The position numbers were made by a program, and so were the translations under genes. A stretch of 64,000 nucleotides of DNA, from positions 1 through 64,000 of the forward strand of contig JASLXV010000025.1 in the NCBI GenBank assembly GCA_030740155.1, read 5' to 3'. Of the stretch, positions 1-10,224 are shown piece after piece. This DNA is from Dehalococcoidia bacterium. GTDB taxonomy: Bacteria; Chloroflexota; Dehalococcoidia; Lucifugimonadales; UBA3495. Under the pieces are notes generated by a model, which had not been told where the DNA came from, did not search any database, and worked only from the letters and a program-made list of their open reading frames with translations. Numbering within the stretch: position 1 is the first letter of the stretch; every line of letters begins with the position of its first letter.

Positions 1-213
1 CCGCCCGCCGATGAAGCCCCCGCCGCAGTGGCCGACGAGCCGCCTGTCGATGAGGCCCCCGCCGCAGTGGCCGACGAGCCGCCTGTCGATGAAGCCCCCG
101 CCGCAGTGGCCGACGAGCCGCCTGTCGATGAAGCCCCCGCCGCAGTGGCCGACGAGCCGCCCGCCGATGAAGCCCCCGCCGAAGAAACACCTGACGAGGC
201 TTCTACCAAATGA
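1..213 (+). CDS. rpsP: 3' end of a gene with an acidic Ala/Pro repeat tail, probably ribosomal protein S16 (partial)
   Basis: Frame is open from base 1 (PPADEAPAAVADE...EASTK*) and its stop overlaps the khpA ATG. Identity is inferred only from the conserved rpsP-khpA-rimM order; the S16 domain lies outside the window. Confidence 0.55.
   Translation, partial: PPADEAPAAVADEPPVDEAPAAVADEPPVDEAPAAVADEPPVDEAPAAVADEPPADEAPAEETPDEASTK
10..180 (+). repeat. 39-nt coding tandem repeat (DEAPAAVADEPPV), about 4.4 copies
   Basis: Near-identical units start at 10, 49, 88 and 127, with a partial unit at 166. Confidence 0.95.
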
Positions 214-437
214 AAGAGCTGATTGAGTATATCGCCCGCTCGCTGGCAACCAATCCTGACGCGGTTGAGGTCACCGAAACCATGGAGGATGGGCGGCTGA
301 TATTCCGGCTGGAAGTGGCCCCCGAAGACAAGGGTAAGGTCATCGGCCGTCAAGGGCGAGTAGCCCAAGCCATGCGGGTCCTGTTGCGCGTGGCGGCGGT
401 GAAAGACGGCGCTCACGCCGTGCTGGAGATCGTCTAG
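210..437 (+). CDS. khpA: KH-domain RNA-binding protein KhpA
   Basis: 75 aa with GKVIGRQGR (GxxG) KH motif, upstream of rimM. Confidence 0.9.
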   Translation: MKELIEYIARSLATNPDAVEVTETMEDGRLIFRLEVAPEDKGKVIGRQGRVAQAMRVLLRVAAVKDGAHAVLEIV

Positions 438-478
438 AGCCCTCACCGCGTAAAATTTTCCGGCCTGAGGCCTGACAT

Positions 479-1006
479 TTGGGATACAATGGGACAGAGA
501 CCGCCGGGGACGAGGCTGAGCCCGTAACTGTAGGTCGAATTTTTGGTGTCCACGGCTTGTCGGGAGGCGTCAAGGCGAAAGTCTTGAGCGATGTTCCTCA
601 CCGGTTCGATGTTGGGCAGAACCTCTACATCGGCGACGAATCCTACTGCATTACCTCCTCAGTCCATATTCCCTCCGCTCAGGTCATCCTAAAGTTTCGT
701 GGCGTCGACTCTCCGGATGCCGCCCGGCCGTTGGTTGGCCAGCTTCTCACCGTCCCTCTGGCCGCGGTCCCTTCCCCACCCGAGGGTGAGTATTTCCACT
801 ATCAGCTTCTGGGATTAAGGGTGCTGACGGAAGAGGGCGAAGAACTGGGCCGGATCACCGAAATTCTGGAGACCGGGAGCAACGACGTGTACGTAGTTTC
901 CGGCGATGCGGGCCAGGTGCTGATACCGGCGCTGGCCGAGGTCATTCGGAAGGTCCAGGTGGACGAAGGGCAAATGGTGGTCCGGCTGCTCGATGGCCTC
1001 CGGTAG
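479..1006 (+). CDS. rimM: 16S rRNA processing protein RimM
   Basis: VGRIFGVHGLSG, EYFHYQLLGL, ETGSNDVYVV and LIPA motifs. Confidence 0.93.
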   Translation: MGYNGTETAGDEAEPVTVGRIFGVHGLSGGVKAKVLSDVPHRFDVGQNLYIGDESYCITSSVHIPSAQVILKFRGVDSPDAARPLVGQLLTVPLAAVPSPPEGEYFHYQLLGLRVLTEEGEELGRITEILETGSNDVYVVSGDAGQVLIPALAEVIRKVQVDEGQMVVRLLDGLR

Positions 1007-1070
1007 CAATTTTGACCCAGTAATCCCCCGGTGCTAAAATCGCATTACGTGGTTCACCCAAGAGTGGATT

Positions 1071-1128
1071 GACAAGCTCACCACGAACGGTGGAGGAACT
1101 CTCTGTCCCCTCCTACTGAGCCTGTCGA
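1071..1128. repeat. REP-like palindromic intergenic repeat
   Basis: GACAAGCTCACCACGAACGGTG is identical to 27152-27173; an inverted half TGAGCCTGTCGA lies at 1117-1128. Confidence 0.7.
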
Positions 1129-1308
1129 GGGACTTTCCGTTTTAAGTGGTGCCGTTTTGAGATAGTTACCGAGGGAGGGCCGGTCCCTGGCTCAGGTTCC
1201 CGGCTCTTTAGCTTCCTGCCGCCGGGCAGAGACGCTGCACCTCGCCGCCTGGGCCGGGACCCCCTTGATGAACCGAAGCATACCCGCCAACCTGAGGAGG
1301 TGTCCGAG

Positions 1309-2076
1309 ATGTCAGGGCACTCTAAGTGGTCAACCATCAAACACCAGAAAGGCGTGGCAGACGTCAAGCGCGGCGCGGCATTCACCAAGATTAGCCGCGA
1401 CATCGCCCTGGCGGTCCGGACCGGAGGCGGAGGCGACCCGGATATGAATTTCCGGCTCCGTCTGGCCATCGAGAAGGCCAAGAGCAGCAACATGCCCAAC
1501 GACAACATCACCCGGGCTATAAAGCGGGCTTCCGGTGAAGGTGGCGAAGCGGCCGAGAACCTGGAGGAGGTGGTCTACGAGGGGTACGGGCCCGGTGGCG
1601 GCGCCATCCTGGTCCAGGCCGTGACCACCAATCGCAACCGCACGGCGGCGGATATCCGGGCTGCCTTCAACCGGGGCGGCGGCAACTTGGGGGAAAGCGG
1701 CTGCGTGGCCTGGAACTTCGAGGCCGCGGGGCTGATAACCGTGGAGATGGCGGATGCCGAGCGAGGAGAAGAGGTGACTCTCCTGGCCATCGACGCCGGA
1801 GCCGACGACGTGAAACTCGAAGACGAATTGCTAGAGGTATTCACCGCTCCGGACCAGCTTTTTCAGGTCCGGCAGGCGATGGAATCCGAAGGCGTCTCCA
1901 CCCAATCGGCGGAAATCTCCATGGTCCCCAAAGCCACGGTCGCCCTGGGGGACCGGGAGGCCGAGCAGACGCTGAAGCTGCTGGATACCTTGGAAGACCT
2001 GGACGACGTGCTGAAGGCCTACACCAACGCCGACTTCCCAACCGAGGTACTCGAAAAGTACCAGGAAGCGCCATAG
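1309..2076 (+). CDS. yebC: YebC/PmpR family protein
   Basis: MSGHSKWSTIKHQKG N-terminus and YEGYGPGG motif; precedes ruvC. Confidence 0.95.
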   Translation: MSGHSKWSTIKHQKGVADVKRGAAFTKISRDIALAVRTGGGGDPDMNFRLRLAIEKAKSSNMPNDNITRAIKRASGEGGEAAENLEEVVYEGYGPGGGAILVQAVTTNRNRTAADIRAAFNRGGGNLGESGCVAWNFEAAGLITVEMADAERGEEVTLLAIDAGADDVKLEDELLEVFTAPDQLFQVRQAMESEGVSTQSAEISMVPKATVALGDREAEQTLKLLDTLEDLDDVLKAYTNADFPTEVLEKYQEAP

Positions 2077-2226
2077 TGCCCGGTCTCGGACATCTGTCGA
2101 TACCCCCGCCACCCTACGGGCCTCAAGGCTCTCCGGGGGCCTCGCCGCCTTCCCGGCCCCTGGGGACAAGCCGCGAGGCATTTGGAGAGTCAGGCGTCCA
2201 GACCTCGTCTATTGGGATGCAGGCCG

Positions 2227-2748
2227 ATGCGCGTACTTGGCATTGACCCCGGCACGCTCCGGATGGGATACGGTCTGGTGGAAGCGGACCCCCAACCGCT
2301 GGCCGAAGACTTTGGCGTGGTAGCCCTTCCAAAGTCCATGCCTCTGGAAAATCGCCTCTACCAGCTGTACACCCACGTTTTAAACCTGATCAGCGTCTTT
2401 CAGCCGGCTGCCATCGCGGTCGAGGACCCTTTCGTGGGAAAGGATGAAAGGCGCTTCGTGGGCCCGGCCATCGCCGTCGGGCAGGCCCAGGCCGTGGTGC
2501 TCATCGGCGCCGCCGGCCAGGGGATCCCGGTGTTTCATTACAGCCCCGCCCAGGTAAAGCTTTGTGTTACAGATTACGGCGCCGCCTCCAAAGAGCAGAT
2601 GCGCCAGACCATAGCCGCCACCCTGGGGCTGGCCGAGATACCCGAGCCCGACGCTGCGGACGCGCTTTCCGTGAGCCTGTGCCATTTGATACAAGCCCAG
2701 GCTACGGCAGCCTTGGGACGGGCGATAACTCCGGGGTCGGAGAGATAG
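2227..2748 (+). CDS. ruvC: Holliday junction resolvase RuvC
   Basis: MRVLGIDPG, AVE and DAADAL acidic motifs. Confidence 0.95.
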   Translation: MRVLGIDPGTLRMGYGLVEADPQPLAEDFGVVALPKSMPLENRLYQLYTHVLNLISVFQPAAIAVEDPFVGKDERRFVGPAIAVGQAQAVVLIGAAGQGIPVFHYSPAQVKLCVTDYGAASKEQMRQTIAATLGLAEIPEPDAADALSVSLCHLIQAQATAALGRAITPGSER

Positions 2749-2751
2749 CGG

Positions 2752-3336
2752 GTGATCGTAAGCGTTCGGGGTGTCATTGAAGCCGTTGGTCCGGATTGGG
2801 TGCATCTTCAGATGGGCGGCGTGACGTTACAGGTATTCGTGCCGGCAGCCGCTATCGGGGAGTTGGGTTCTGTCGGGACCGAAGCCCGCCTGCACACCCA
2901 CCTTCGGATGCAAAATGAGCAACCGGTGTTGTACGGATTTCCCAATTCGGCGTCTCTGGCCCTGTTCTTGTTGTTGACCGGCGTTTCCGGGGTCGGACCG
3001 CGGCTGGCCCTGGCCCTGCTCTCGGGACTCGGCGCGCCGCGATTGCAAGAGGCCATCGCCACGGGCGACGTCACAGCCCTGGTTTCAGCTCCCGGGGTGG
3101 GCCGCCGCACCGCCGGCCGGATTGTTCTGGAGTTGAAGGGAAAGCTGGAGGCGTCTGAAGCGGGCGTTGGACTGGCAACCGGAGGTGACGACTCCGAAGT
3201 CATCGCGGCGCTGACGGCCCTTGGTTACTCCCCCAACGAGGCCCGGCGGGCGGTCGGCAACTCGGAGCGGACCCCGGATTTGACTCTGGAAGACCGGGTC
3301 CGGCTAGCCCTGCAGCAGTTCGGAGGGAGTGGGTGA
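2752..3336 (+). CDS. ruvA: Holliday junction DNA-binding protein RuvA
   Basis: LYGF, VSGVGPRLA, PGVGRRTAGRIVLELKGK and ALTALGY motifs. Confidence 0.95.
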   Translation: MIVSVRGVIEAVGPDWVHLQMGGVTLQVFVPAAAIGELGSVGTEARLHTHLRMQNEQPVLYGFPNSASLALFLLLTGVSGVGPRLALALLSGLGAPRLQEAIATGDVTALVSAPGVGRRTAGRIVLELKGKLEASEAGVGLATGGDDSEVIAALTALGYSPNEARRAVGNSERTPDLTLEDRVRLALQQFGGSG

Positions 3337-3526
3337 GCTACTCGTAACGAGGGACTGGTGACCACACCTTCCCTCTAAACCCCAACAGCGACCGGTGATT
3401 TGGCTTGGCCGGCATCTCACGGTCAGGACCTGGGTGAAAGCGACTTCGGTCTCGGCTATAATTTATGAATGTCGGGCGATATTTTGCCTGGTCCCCATCG
3501 CCATCCAACAAGCTGCCGCGAAGGTC

Positions 3527-3578
3527 AAGAATGCCTGAGATTCAAATGGAATCCGATTCCAAGATGACGGGCGGCCAG
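3527..3578 (+). repeat. Decayed direct repeat of the uvrB 5' end
   Basis: 52 nt aligning without net length change to 4081-4132; translates MPEIQMESDSKMTGGQ versus Uvr[17 protein letters not shown]. Confidence 0.85.
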
Positions 3579-3646
3579 TGGCGGATAATAGCTAGAGCGT
3601 CTCGTCGTCAAGCCGAATTCAACTCAGAATCATTGAGAGGACAAAT

Positions 3647-3835
3647 ATGTCGAGCACCGGCGTAAAGCATGAAGCGCGTCGACTGATAGAGAACTTGCCG
3701 GACGATGCCACATGGGACGATTTGATGTATCGGATATACGTCCGGCAGGCGATTGAAGCCGGCCTCGAGGATAGTGCGGCTGGCCGAACGGTGGATGTAG
3801 CGGAGGTCCGGGCGAAGTTCGGTTTGCCCAAATGA
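3647..3835 (+). CDS. Putative type II antitoxin
   Basis: 62 aa acidic protein (LPDDATWDDLMYRIYVRQAIEAGL) coupled by ATGA overlap to a RelE/ParE toxin. Confidence 0.75.
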   Translation: MSSTGVKHEARRLIENLPDDATWDDLMYRIYVRQAIEAGLEDSAAGRTVDVAEVRAKFGLPK

Positions 3836-4092
3836 GAGTGCACTGGACGCATGGGGCCATAGAGCACCTGCTGGGAGTGCATGAGAGATTGGCCCAAGAC
3901 TCGCTACTCTACGCACGACGGGTGATTGATAGATTGATTCGGCGTTCGGAGCAAGTTGCGGATTTTCCTCTATCCGGGCGCGTGGTGCCGGAGTATGAAG
4001 CACCGGATATACGAGAGTTGATAGAAAGGCCGTACCGCATTATCTACCGGATTGGGACACAGCAGATAGACGTAATGTGTAAGAATGCCTGA
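3832..4092 (+). CDS. RelE/ParE family toxin, C-terminus probably truncated
   Basis: MRVHWT...[10 protein letters not shown]...[15 protein letters not shown]; the usual terminal strand with H-x-x-R is missing. Confidence 0.8.
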   Translation: MRVHWTHGAIEHLLGVHERLAQDSLLYARRVIDRLIRRSEQVADFPLSGRVVPEYEAPDIRELIERPYRIIYRIGTQQIDVMCKNA

Positions 4093-6088
4093 ATTCAAGC
4101 TAGAATCCGATTTCAAGATGACGGGCGATCAGCCGGGGGCGGTGGCCCGGCTGGCTTCCGGAGTGCTGGAAGGCATCTCCCGGCAGACCATGCTGGGCGT
4201 CACCGGCAGCGGCAAGACCTTCACCATGGCCAACATCATCCAGGAAGTGCAGCGGCCCACCCTGGTTATGGCTCACAACAAGACCCTGGCCGCTCAGCTG
4301 GCCTCCGAGTTCAAAGAGTTCTTTCCTCACAACGCCGTCGAGTACTTCGTCTCCTACTACGATTACTACCAGCCTGAAGCCTATATTCCCCGGTCGGATA
4401 CCTACATCGAGAAAGATTCCAGCCTGAACGAAGAGCTGGACAAGCTACGGCTGTCAGCCACCACCTCGCTCCTCACCCGCCGCGACGTGCTGATTGTTGC
4501 CTCGGTATCCTGTATCTACGGCCTCGGTGACCCGGAGTCCTATTTCAGCCTGGTGGCCCGGCTTCGGGTTGGTGACATTCGAAACCGCCGGCAGCTGGTG
4601 CGCCAGCTGGTCGACATGCAGTACGAACGAAACGACATGGATCTATCCCGGGGTAAGTTCCGAATACGCGGTGACACCGTGGAGATTATCCCCGCCTACG
4701 AAGAAGCGGCCGTGCGCATCCAGTTCTTTGGCGATGAAGTGGAGCGAATCGTGCAACTGGACCCGCTGACAGGAGAACTGCTGGCCGAGCAGGAAGAGAT
4801 GTTCATCTTCCCGGCGAAGCACTTCGTGACCTCCAAAGAGAAGATGGAGTTGGCCGTCGTCGACATCGAGGTAGAGCTGGGGGAGCGGCTCCAGGAGTTT
4901 CGGAACCAGGGCAAAGTGCTGGAGGCGGCCCGGCTGGAAAGCCGGACCCATTACGACCTGGAGATGCTCCAAGAAACGGGCTTTTGCTCCGGTGTTGAGA
5001 ACTACGCCCGCCATCTATCCCGGCGCGCGCCAGGAAGCGCTCCGTGGACGCTGCTGGACTACTTCCCGGAAGATTTCCTGATGTTCGTCGACGAGTCCCA
5101 CATGACTTTGCCCCAGGTCAGGGGCATGTATCACGGTGACCGTTCTCGGAAAGAGACCTTGGTGGAGTACGGCTTCCGCCTGCCCTCAGCCCTCGATAAC
5201 CGGCCCCTGAACTTCGAGGAGTACGCGTCGCACATCAACCAGGTTGTCTTCGTTTCGGCCACCCCTGGCCCCTACGAATTGGACCACAGCACCGCCGTGG
5301 TGGAGCAGGTGATCCGGCCCACGGGGCTCCTGGATCCCACGGTGGAAGTGAAGCCCACCGATGGCCAGATCGACGACCTGTTGCACGAGATAAAAGGGAG
5401 GGTCGACAAGGCCGAGCGTTGCCTGGTGACCACGCTGACCAAGCGAATGGCCGAGGAGCTGGCGGACTTTCTCTCCGAAATGGGTATCCGCAACCACTAC
5501 CTGCACTCCGACATTCAGACCCTGGAGCGCATCGAGATTCTCCGCGACCTGCGGTTGGGGGTATACGACGTCATCGTGGGCATCAACCTCCTGCGGGAGG
5601 GCTTGGACCTACCCGAGGTGAGCTTGGTGGCCATCCTGGACGCCGATAAAGAAGGGTATCTGAGGTCGGGCACCTCCCTGATCCAGACCATCGGCCGGGC
5701 AGCCCGCCATGCCAGCGGCCACGTTATCATGTACGCCGACCGGACCACCGATTCGATGAAACGGGCCATCGACGAGACCTACCGGAGGCGCGGCATCCAG
5801 CACGAGCATAACCAGGAGCACGGAATTCAGCCCCAGAGCATCCAAAAAGAGGTCCACGACATCACCGAAGGAATCAAGGGCATCTCCGACAACCGGGCCC
5901 GCTACCGAGTGGTGCGCCAGGAGATGTCCCGCACCGACATGTACCGGGTGGTCAAGGACCTGGAAGTTCAGATGAAAGAGGCGGCCCGGAGCCTCGAGTT
6001 CGAGAAGGCCGCCCAATTCCGCGACGAGATATTCGAGCTGCGCAGGCTGCTTGCCCTGGAAGAGAAAACCCTGGCCCCGGCGGAGTGA
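4085..6088 (+). CDS. uvrB: Excinuclease ABC subunit UvrB
   Basis: [30 protein letters not shown] and a C-terminal UVR domain. Confidence 0.98.
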   Translation: MPEFKLESDFKMTGDQPGAVARLASGVLEGISRQTMLGVTGSGKTFTMANIIQEVQRPTLVMAHNKTLAAQLASEFKEFFPHNAVEYFVSYYDYYQPEAYIPRSDTYIEKDSSLNEELDKLRLSATTSLLTRRDVLIVASVSCIYGLGDPESYFSLVARLRVGDIRNRRQLVRQLVDMQYERNDMDLSRGKFRIRGDTVEIIPAYEEAAVRIQFFGDEVERIVQLDPLTGELLAEQEEMFIFPAKHFVTSKEKMELAVVDIEVELGERLQEFRNQGKVLEAARLESRTHYDLEMLQETGFCSGVENYARHLSRRAPGSAPWTLLDYFPEDFLMFVDESHMTLPQVRGMYHGDRSRKETLVEYGFRLPSALDNRPLNFEEYASHINQVVFVSATPGPYELDHSTAVVEQVIRPTGLLDPTVEVKPTDGQIDDLLHEIKGRVDKAERCLVTTLTKRMAEELADFLSEMGIRNHYLHSDIQTLERIEILRDLRLGVYDVIVGINLLREGLDLPEVSLVAILDADKEGYLRSGTSLIQTIGRAARHASGHVIMYADRTTDSMKRAIDETYRRRGIQHEHNQEHGIQPQSIQKEVHDITEGIKGISDNRARYRVVRQEMSRTDMYRVVKDLEVQMKEAARSLEFEKAAQFRDEIFELRRLLALEEKTLAPAE

Positions 6089-6128
6089 CGGACCCCCCAG
6101 CACTCCCCACTTCGTATGGGGGAGGGGA

Positions 6129-6980
6129 TCAAGCCCCCTCCGCCACCGCCCGGTGCAACTGCTCCAGCACTTCACTGTTTACCTCGAGGCTGAAGTTGTC
6201 CACGGTGGGGATCGCTTCCCCGGTGGTGCCATCCACCACGCCGATCTCCACCATGCGCTTGATCAGCCGCGTCTCGTGGTCCACAGTCGGGAGCAGGTTC
6301 TTCCCCGCCAGGCGTGAAAGCGCGGCCACCAGGCCGTAGCCGCCCCAGTTGGAAACGCTGGTGATAACCAGCCGGTCCACCTTGGTCACCGCCGGGCTGT
6401 TGGGCAGGCTGTCCACGGTGGGTATTATCTCCACCAGGTTCCCCATGCCGATCTCGTTGCCGCCGTCGCCGATCCCCACGGAGGGGACCCCTGCTTCGAA
6501 CAGGTAGTCCACCCGGGCGGTGTAGGGCGAAATGTCGATGTCCCGCATGTTGGTGTAGATGTCGTCCTTGGTGCGGCTGCTGCGCTCGATGGAAATCAGG
6601 AGGCCCGGTTTGAGCCGGGCCAGCGTCTCGGAGGCCACTTGCTGGCTGGTGGGAACGTCGGCGATGGGAAACTCTTCCACCTCGGCCTCAGGGCCCAGCC
6701 AGTCCCGCAGCACCGGCGCTGTGTGCAAGTCGGTGACGTAGGTGACCCGGCGTCCCAGGGCCTGTAAGGCATTGCCGATGGCGATGGCTCCGGGCGGGCC
6801 GTCGGTCTCGGGCTTGTGCGACATCAAGGCGTAGTATCCGGTGACGATGATCGCGCCCCCGGGATGGTCCATGATGTAGCCCGCCGCTTGGGAGCAAAAG
6901 TCTGCCGGAAGGTGGGGGCGTAGCGCCGACATGCCCCGTTTGTCCTGTTGCAGGATGATGTCCTCTATCGTCTCGCTCAT
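6129..6980 (-). CDS. DUF4392 / D-glutamate cyclase C-terminal-like protein
   Basis: ETDGPPGA, GIGDGGNEIGMG and SNWGGY motifs. Confidence 0.85.
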   Translation of the reverse strand: MSETIEDIILQQDKRGMSALRPHLPADFCSQAAGYIMDHPGGAIIVTGYYALMSHKPETDGPPGAIAIGNALQALGRRVTYVTDLHTAPVLRDWLGPEAEVEEFPIADVPTSQQVASETLARLKPGLLISIERSSRTKDDIYTNMRDIDISPYTARVDYLFEAGVPSVGIGDGGNEIGMGNLVEIIPTVDSLPNSPAVTKVDRLVITSVSNWGGYGLVAALSRLAGKNLLPTVDHETRLIKRMVEIGVVDGTTGEAIPTVDNFSLEVNSEVLEQLHRAVAEGA

Positions 6981-7016
6981 TCCTTTCCCCCAACGCTGAC
7001 TGCTGATAGCTGACAG

Positions 7017-7811
7017 CTAAAGTATCGCGTAGTCGGCGTCCCGCCGGTCCGTGATGAACATCAAACCGGGGCCGTGGGCGATCAGAAGCGGAGGCTTGCA
7101 ATTGAGGGCCACCGCTTGGGGCGTGACGCCGCAGGCCCAGAACATCGGCTCCTCGCCGGGCATCAAGTCGACCGGGTCGCCGAAATCGGGATGGGCCAGG
7201 TCCCGGATGCCGATGGCCGCCGGGTCGCCGATGTGGACCGGCGCGCCGTGGGTCGCGGGAAACCTGGAGGTGACCTGAATCGCCCGCACGACCTGCTCTC
7301 GCTTGACGGGCCGCATGCTGACCACCATGGGCCCAGAGAAGACCCCCGCGGGGGTGGTGGCGATGTTGGTGATGTACATGGAGACGTTGCACCCCATTTC
7401 CTGGTTTCGCAACGGTATACCGGCATCGACCATGGCCGCCTCGAAAGAAAAACTGCAGCCCAGCAGGAAAGAGACCAGATCGTCGCGCCAATAGGGCAGC
7501 AGCGACTCCGGTTCGGCCGTGAGTTGGCCGTTTTCGTAGACCATGTAGCCGGGGACATCGGTGCGGATGTCCGCGCCCGGTGCGGTCACCTTCGGCTCGG
7601 TCTGGCCGGCCTCGATCACCTCCAGCAACGGACAGGGCTTGGGGTTGCGCTGGCAAAAAAGGAGGAAGTCTAAGGCAAGGTCCTGGGGCAGGATGGCCAG
7701 GTTGGCCTGCACGTATCCCGGGGCGACCCCGGAGGTCACGCCGCGCCACCGGCCGGAGCGAATCAACTCCCGCACCTCGCGAGCGGTCTTGGGCATGGTT
7801 TCCGTGCTCAT
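7017..7811 (-). CDS. DUF1445 putative hydro-lyase (D-glutamate cyclase N-terminal-like)
   Basis: QANL, FCQRNPKPCPLL, GCSFSFE and FWACGVTPQ motifs; GGAGG RBS. Confidence 0.9.
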   Translation of the reverse strand: MSTETMPKTAREVRELIRSGRWRGVTSGVAPGYVQANLAILPQDLALDFLLFCQRNPKPCPLLEVIEAGQTEPKVTAPGADIRTDVPGYMVYENGQLTAEPESLLPYWRDDLVSFLLGCSFSFEAAMVDAGIPLRNQEMGCNVSMYITNIATTPAGVFSGPMVVSMRPVKREQVVRAIQVTSRFPATHGAPVHIGDPAAIGIRDLAHPDFGDPVDLMPGEEPMFWACGVTPQAVALNCKPPLLIAHGPGLMFITDRRDADYAIL

Positions 7812-8002
7812 TGGCGTACCTCCTCGGGGCCGGCTTTGATCCCGGTTTTGAAAAATGTTCCAGGGCGGGCCGGAGCCCGGCCACGGCGTGCCGATCCGAC
7901 ACCGTCCGGCCCGTCGCTGATACAATAGCAGACGGGCGCCGCCGCGGCAAAGGGAGAGCCTTGTTTTCGCTCGAAGAAAGACGCGGTTAGAGTACGAATC
8001 GG

Positions 8003-8521
8003 TCAGAAAATGATGCTCAACGCGCCGTGGGCTTGCAGCGCCTCCATATCCAGGACAGCCCGCCGGCGCCGGATCCTCAAATCTCCATCGACCCGTTTTA
8101 GACGGAACTCGTAGTGCCCAACGTAAGGTGCTTCCTCTCCCATGCGGAAGCGATACACCAGGCAGGACGCCCTCACCGCGAGTTCATCCCCCACCGCCTC
8201 CACAATCATCACGTTGGTGATCAGCCTCCGGGTCGTGGACCAGGGGTACTCCCGGTGGGCGTGGCGGCTTTTCAACCGGTTGACCCGGCCTTGCAAACGC
8301 AGTCTATCGTCATCGATGAACACCAGGTCTTGCCGGGGATCGCCCTCCGGCAGGTCGGTGGTGGGCACCACATATCTTGCGTCGTCCGTGAAAAAGGTCA
8401 GCCACTCGTCCAGCCGCCATTCATCCAGCAGGGCCGCTTCGTGGTAGAGGAACTGCTCCACTTCATGGTGCAGCAGGAAGGCTTCCAGTTTTGTCTTGCT
8501 CCCATCAGTATCTTGGTTCAT
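8003..8521 (-). CDS. Ring-hydroxylating dioxygenase beta subunit
   Basis: FLYHEAALLDEWRLDEW and RRLITNV motifs; overlaps the alpha-subunit stop. Confidence 0.9.
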   Translation of the reverse strand: MNQDTDGSKTKLEAFLLHHEVEQFLYHEAALLDEWRLDEWLTFFTDDARYVVPTTDLPEGDPRQDLVFIDDDRLRLQGRVNRLKSRHAHREYPWSTTRRLITNVMIVEAVGDELAVRASCLVYRFRMGEEAPYVGHYEFRLKRVDGDLRIRRRRAVLDMEALQAHGALSIIF

Positions 8522-9840
8522 GCCTGACTCCACGCTTGGGTAAAGACGGCTTGTTGCTCTGCCATGGCCTGGCCTTCCTCCGGCTGTTCCGCCTCAGGGA
8601 GGCCGGTGAGCATGGCATGCCAGTGTCGCCAGAAGGCCCGCATCTGCAACTCGTCCGTCCCCTGGGGAGGGCGGTGCATGCCCCGTGAGATGTCCGACCA
8701 CTCAACCCCGCTCGCTCTGAAGCCAAGCTGGCAAGACTCCAGGGCTTCGGTATCGTCCGGGGTGGCGAAGCCGCCGGGTCCAAGGAAGGTGAGGAAGTTA
8801 TCCAGGCGTCTCGCCAGCAGGTGCCCCGTCTCCTCGCCGGTGGCAGCCTCCCACGCGGTCACCTCCATGTGGTCCGGGGCCGTTGGCCAGAACAGCCTGA
8901 TCGTGATGGAGGTGGTGTCGTTGATGACCAGATTGGGGAAGATCAACAGGTTTCGGCTCTTGTCGGCCATCCGGGCCGCCCGTTCCTCGCCGTACTTTTC
9001 CACCAGCTTGGCCCGGATTTGATCTATCTCCTCCTTGGCATCCTCGCCAAAAATGGGGTTCCAGAAGGCAATGGGCCGGCCATAGACCGAATCGTTTTCC
9101 ATCACCGCGTGCCCGTTGCCCAAGGCCCTCCCAATTCCCTTGCGCTCCTTGGGAACCTGTAGCCCCGCCAGCGCCATGTAATCCCAGTAGGTCTGGTGGG
9201 TGGGAAAGACGTGGTATCCGTCGAGACTGTTCTCCACCAGAAGCTTCCAGTTGGCCTTGATGTGATACTTGTTCGAGCCGCGGACCACCTTGAGGCCCAC
9301 CTCGGTCTGGTCGACAATCAGGTCCAGGTACTCCTTGGCTCCCGCCAGATAGCCGGCCAGGTCCTCAATCTGGGGATTGAAGCTGATGAAGTAGAAACCC
9401 CGGTAGCTATCCACCCGGGGCGGTGACAGCAGTCCCAGCGCCCCTTTGTCGAACCCGCTGCCATAGCCCGCTTCATCGGGCACCCCAACCAGCTCGCCCT
9501 TGATGTTGAAACTCCAGGCGTGATAGAAGCATTGGAAGACCTGGGCATTGCCTTCGTCGCGGCGGCAGATCAAAGCCCCCCGATGGGGGCAGGTATTCAA
9601 GAAGACCCGTATCTGTCCGTCCCGGTCCCTGTTGAAGAAGACGGGACGGCCCGCCACGGTGCGCCTCCGGTAATCGCCGGGGTTTGCCACCTCCGATTCA
9701 TGACCCAGGTACAGCCAACATTGGTCAAAGACGCGGTCCCGTTCTAGCTCGAATATCTGCTGAGAAGTCATGCTGGAGCGATGTACTCGGAATACCCCTT
9801 CTCTGGGCCGGTCGATAATCAGGCCGTTAACGTCTATCAA
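8518..9840 (-). CDS. Rieske ring-hydroxylating oxygenase alpha subunit
   Basis: Rieske motifs CPHRG and CFYHAW; mononuclear iron site ENSLDGYH..PTH and a distal Asp. Confidence 0.93.
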   Translation of the reverse strand: MIDVNGLIIDRPREGVFRVHRSSMTSQQIFELERDRVFDQCWLYLGHESEVANPGDYRRRTVAGRPVFFNRDRDGQIRVFLNTCPHRGALICRRDEGNAQVFQCFYHAWSFNIKGELVGVPDEAGYGSGFDKGALGLLSPPRVDSYRGFYFISFNPQIEDLAGYLAGAKEYLDLIVDQTEVGLKVVRGSNKYHIKANWKLLVENSLDGYHVFPTHQTYWDYMALAGLQVPKERKGIGRALGNGHAVMENDSVYGRPIAFWNPIFGEDAKEEIDQIRAKLVEKYGEERAARMADKSRNLLIFPNLVINDTTSITIRLFWPTAPDHMEVTAWEAATGEETGHLLARRLDNFLTFLGPGGFATPDDTEALESCQLGFRASGVEWSDISRGMHRPPQGTDELQMRAFWRHWHAMLTGLPEAEQPEEGQAMAEQQAVFTQAWSQA

Positions 9841-10224
9841 CGCTCTATCCTCCTTAACGAGGGAGTTCGCCCGTCAGCCGAAGTATCCGATACCAACCAG
9901 CCCGCGGCCAAATCAGGCGTCGACGGACGATAGCCGGTATTCCAATCCACACAGGCTTGTCCTCTGGTTCTATCTTATCAAATAATGATGCAATATCATC
10001 TATAATGCGCTCCCAACGTGGCCCCGCCGTCGGCGGCCAACTGGGGCGCGACGCAGCTTTTCAACACCCGTCGCCGCCGAAGCCGGCCCGCACCGCACCG
10101 AGCATGACGAGGAACCGGGCAACCGGCGGCCGCGCATTCGGCCGCCCATTCGATTGGAGGTCCTAGATGGTATACTTCCAGCAACTGAGATTGACTCTGC
10201 ATCCGGAGGCCTCGCGACCGGCTG

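Noticed and set aside
10..180. CRISPR array
   Set aside because: The units are contiguous in-frame coding repeats with no unique spacers, and no cas genes are present.
3340..4085. LexA box upstream of uvrB
   Set aside because: No GAAC-N4-GTTC palindrome was found by eye.
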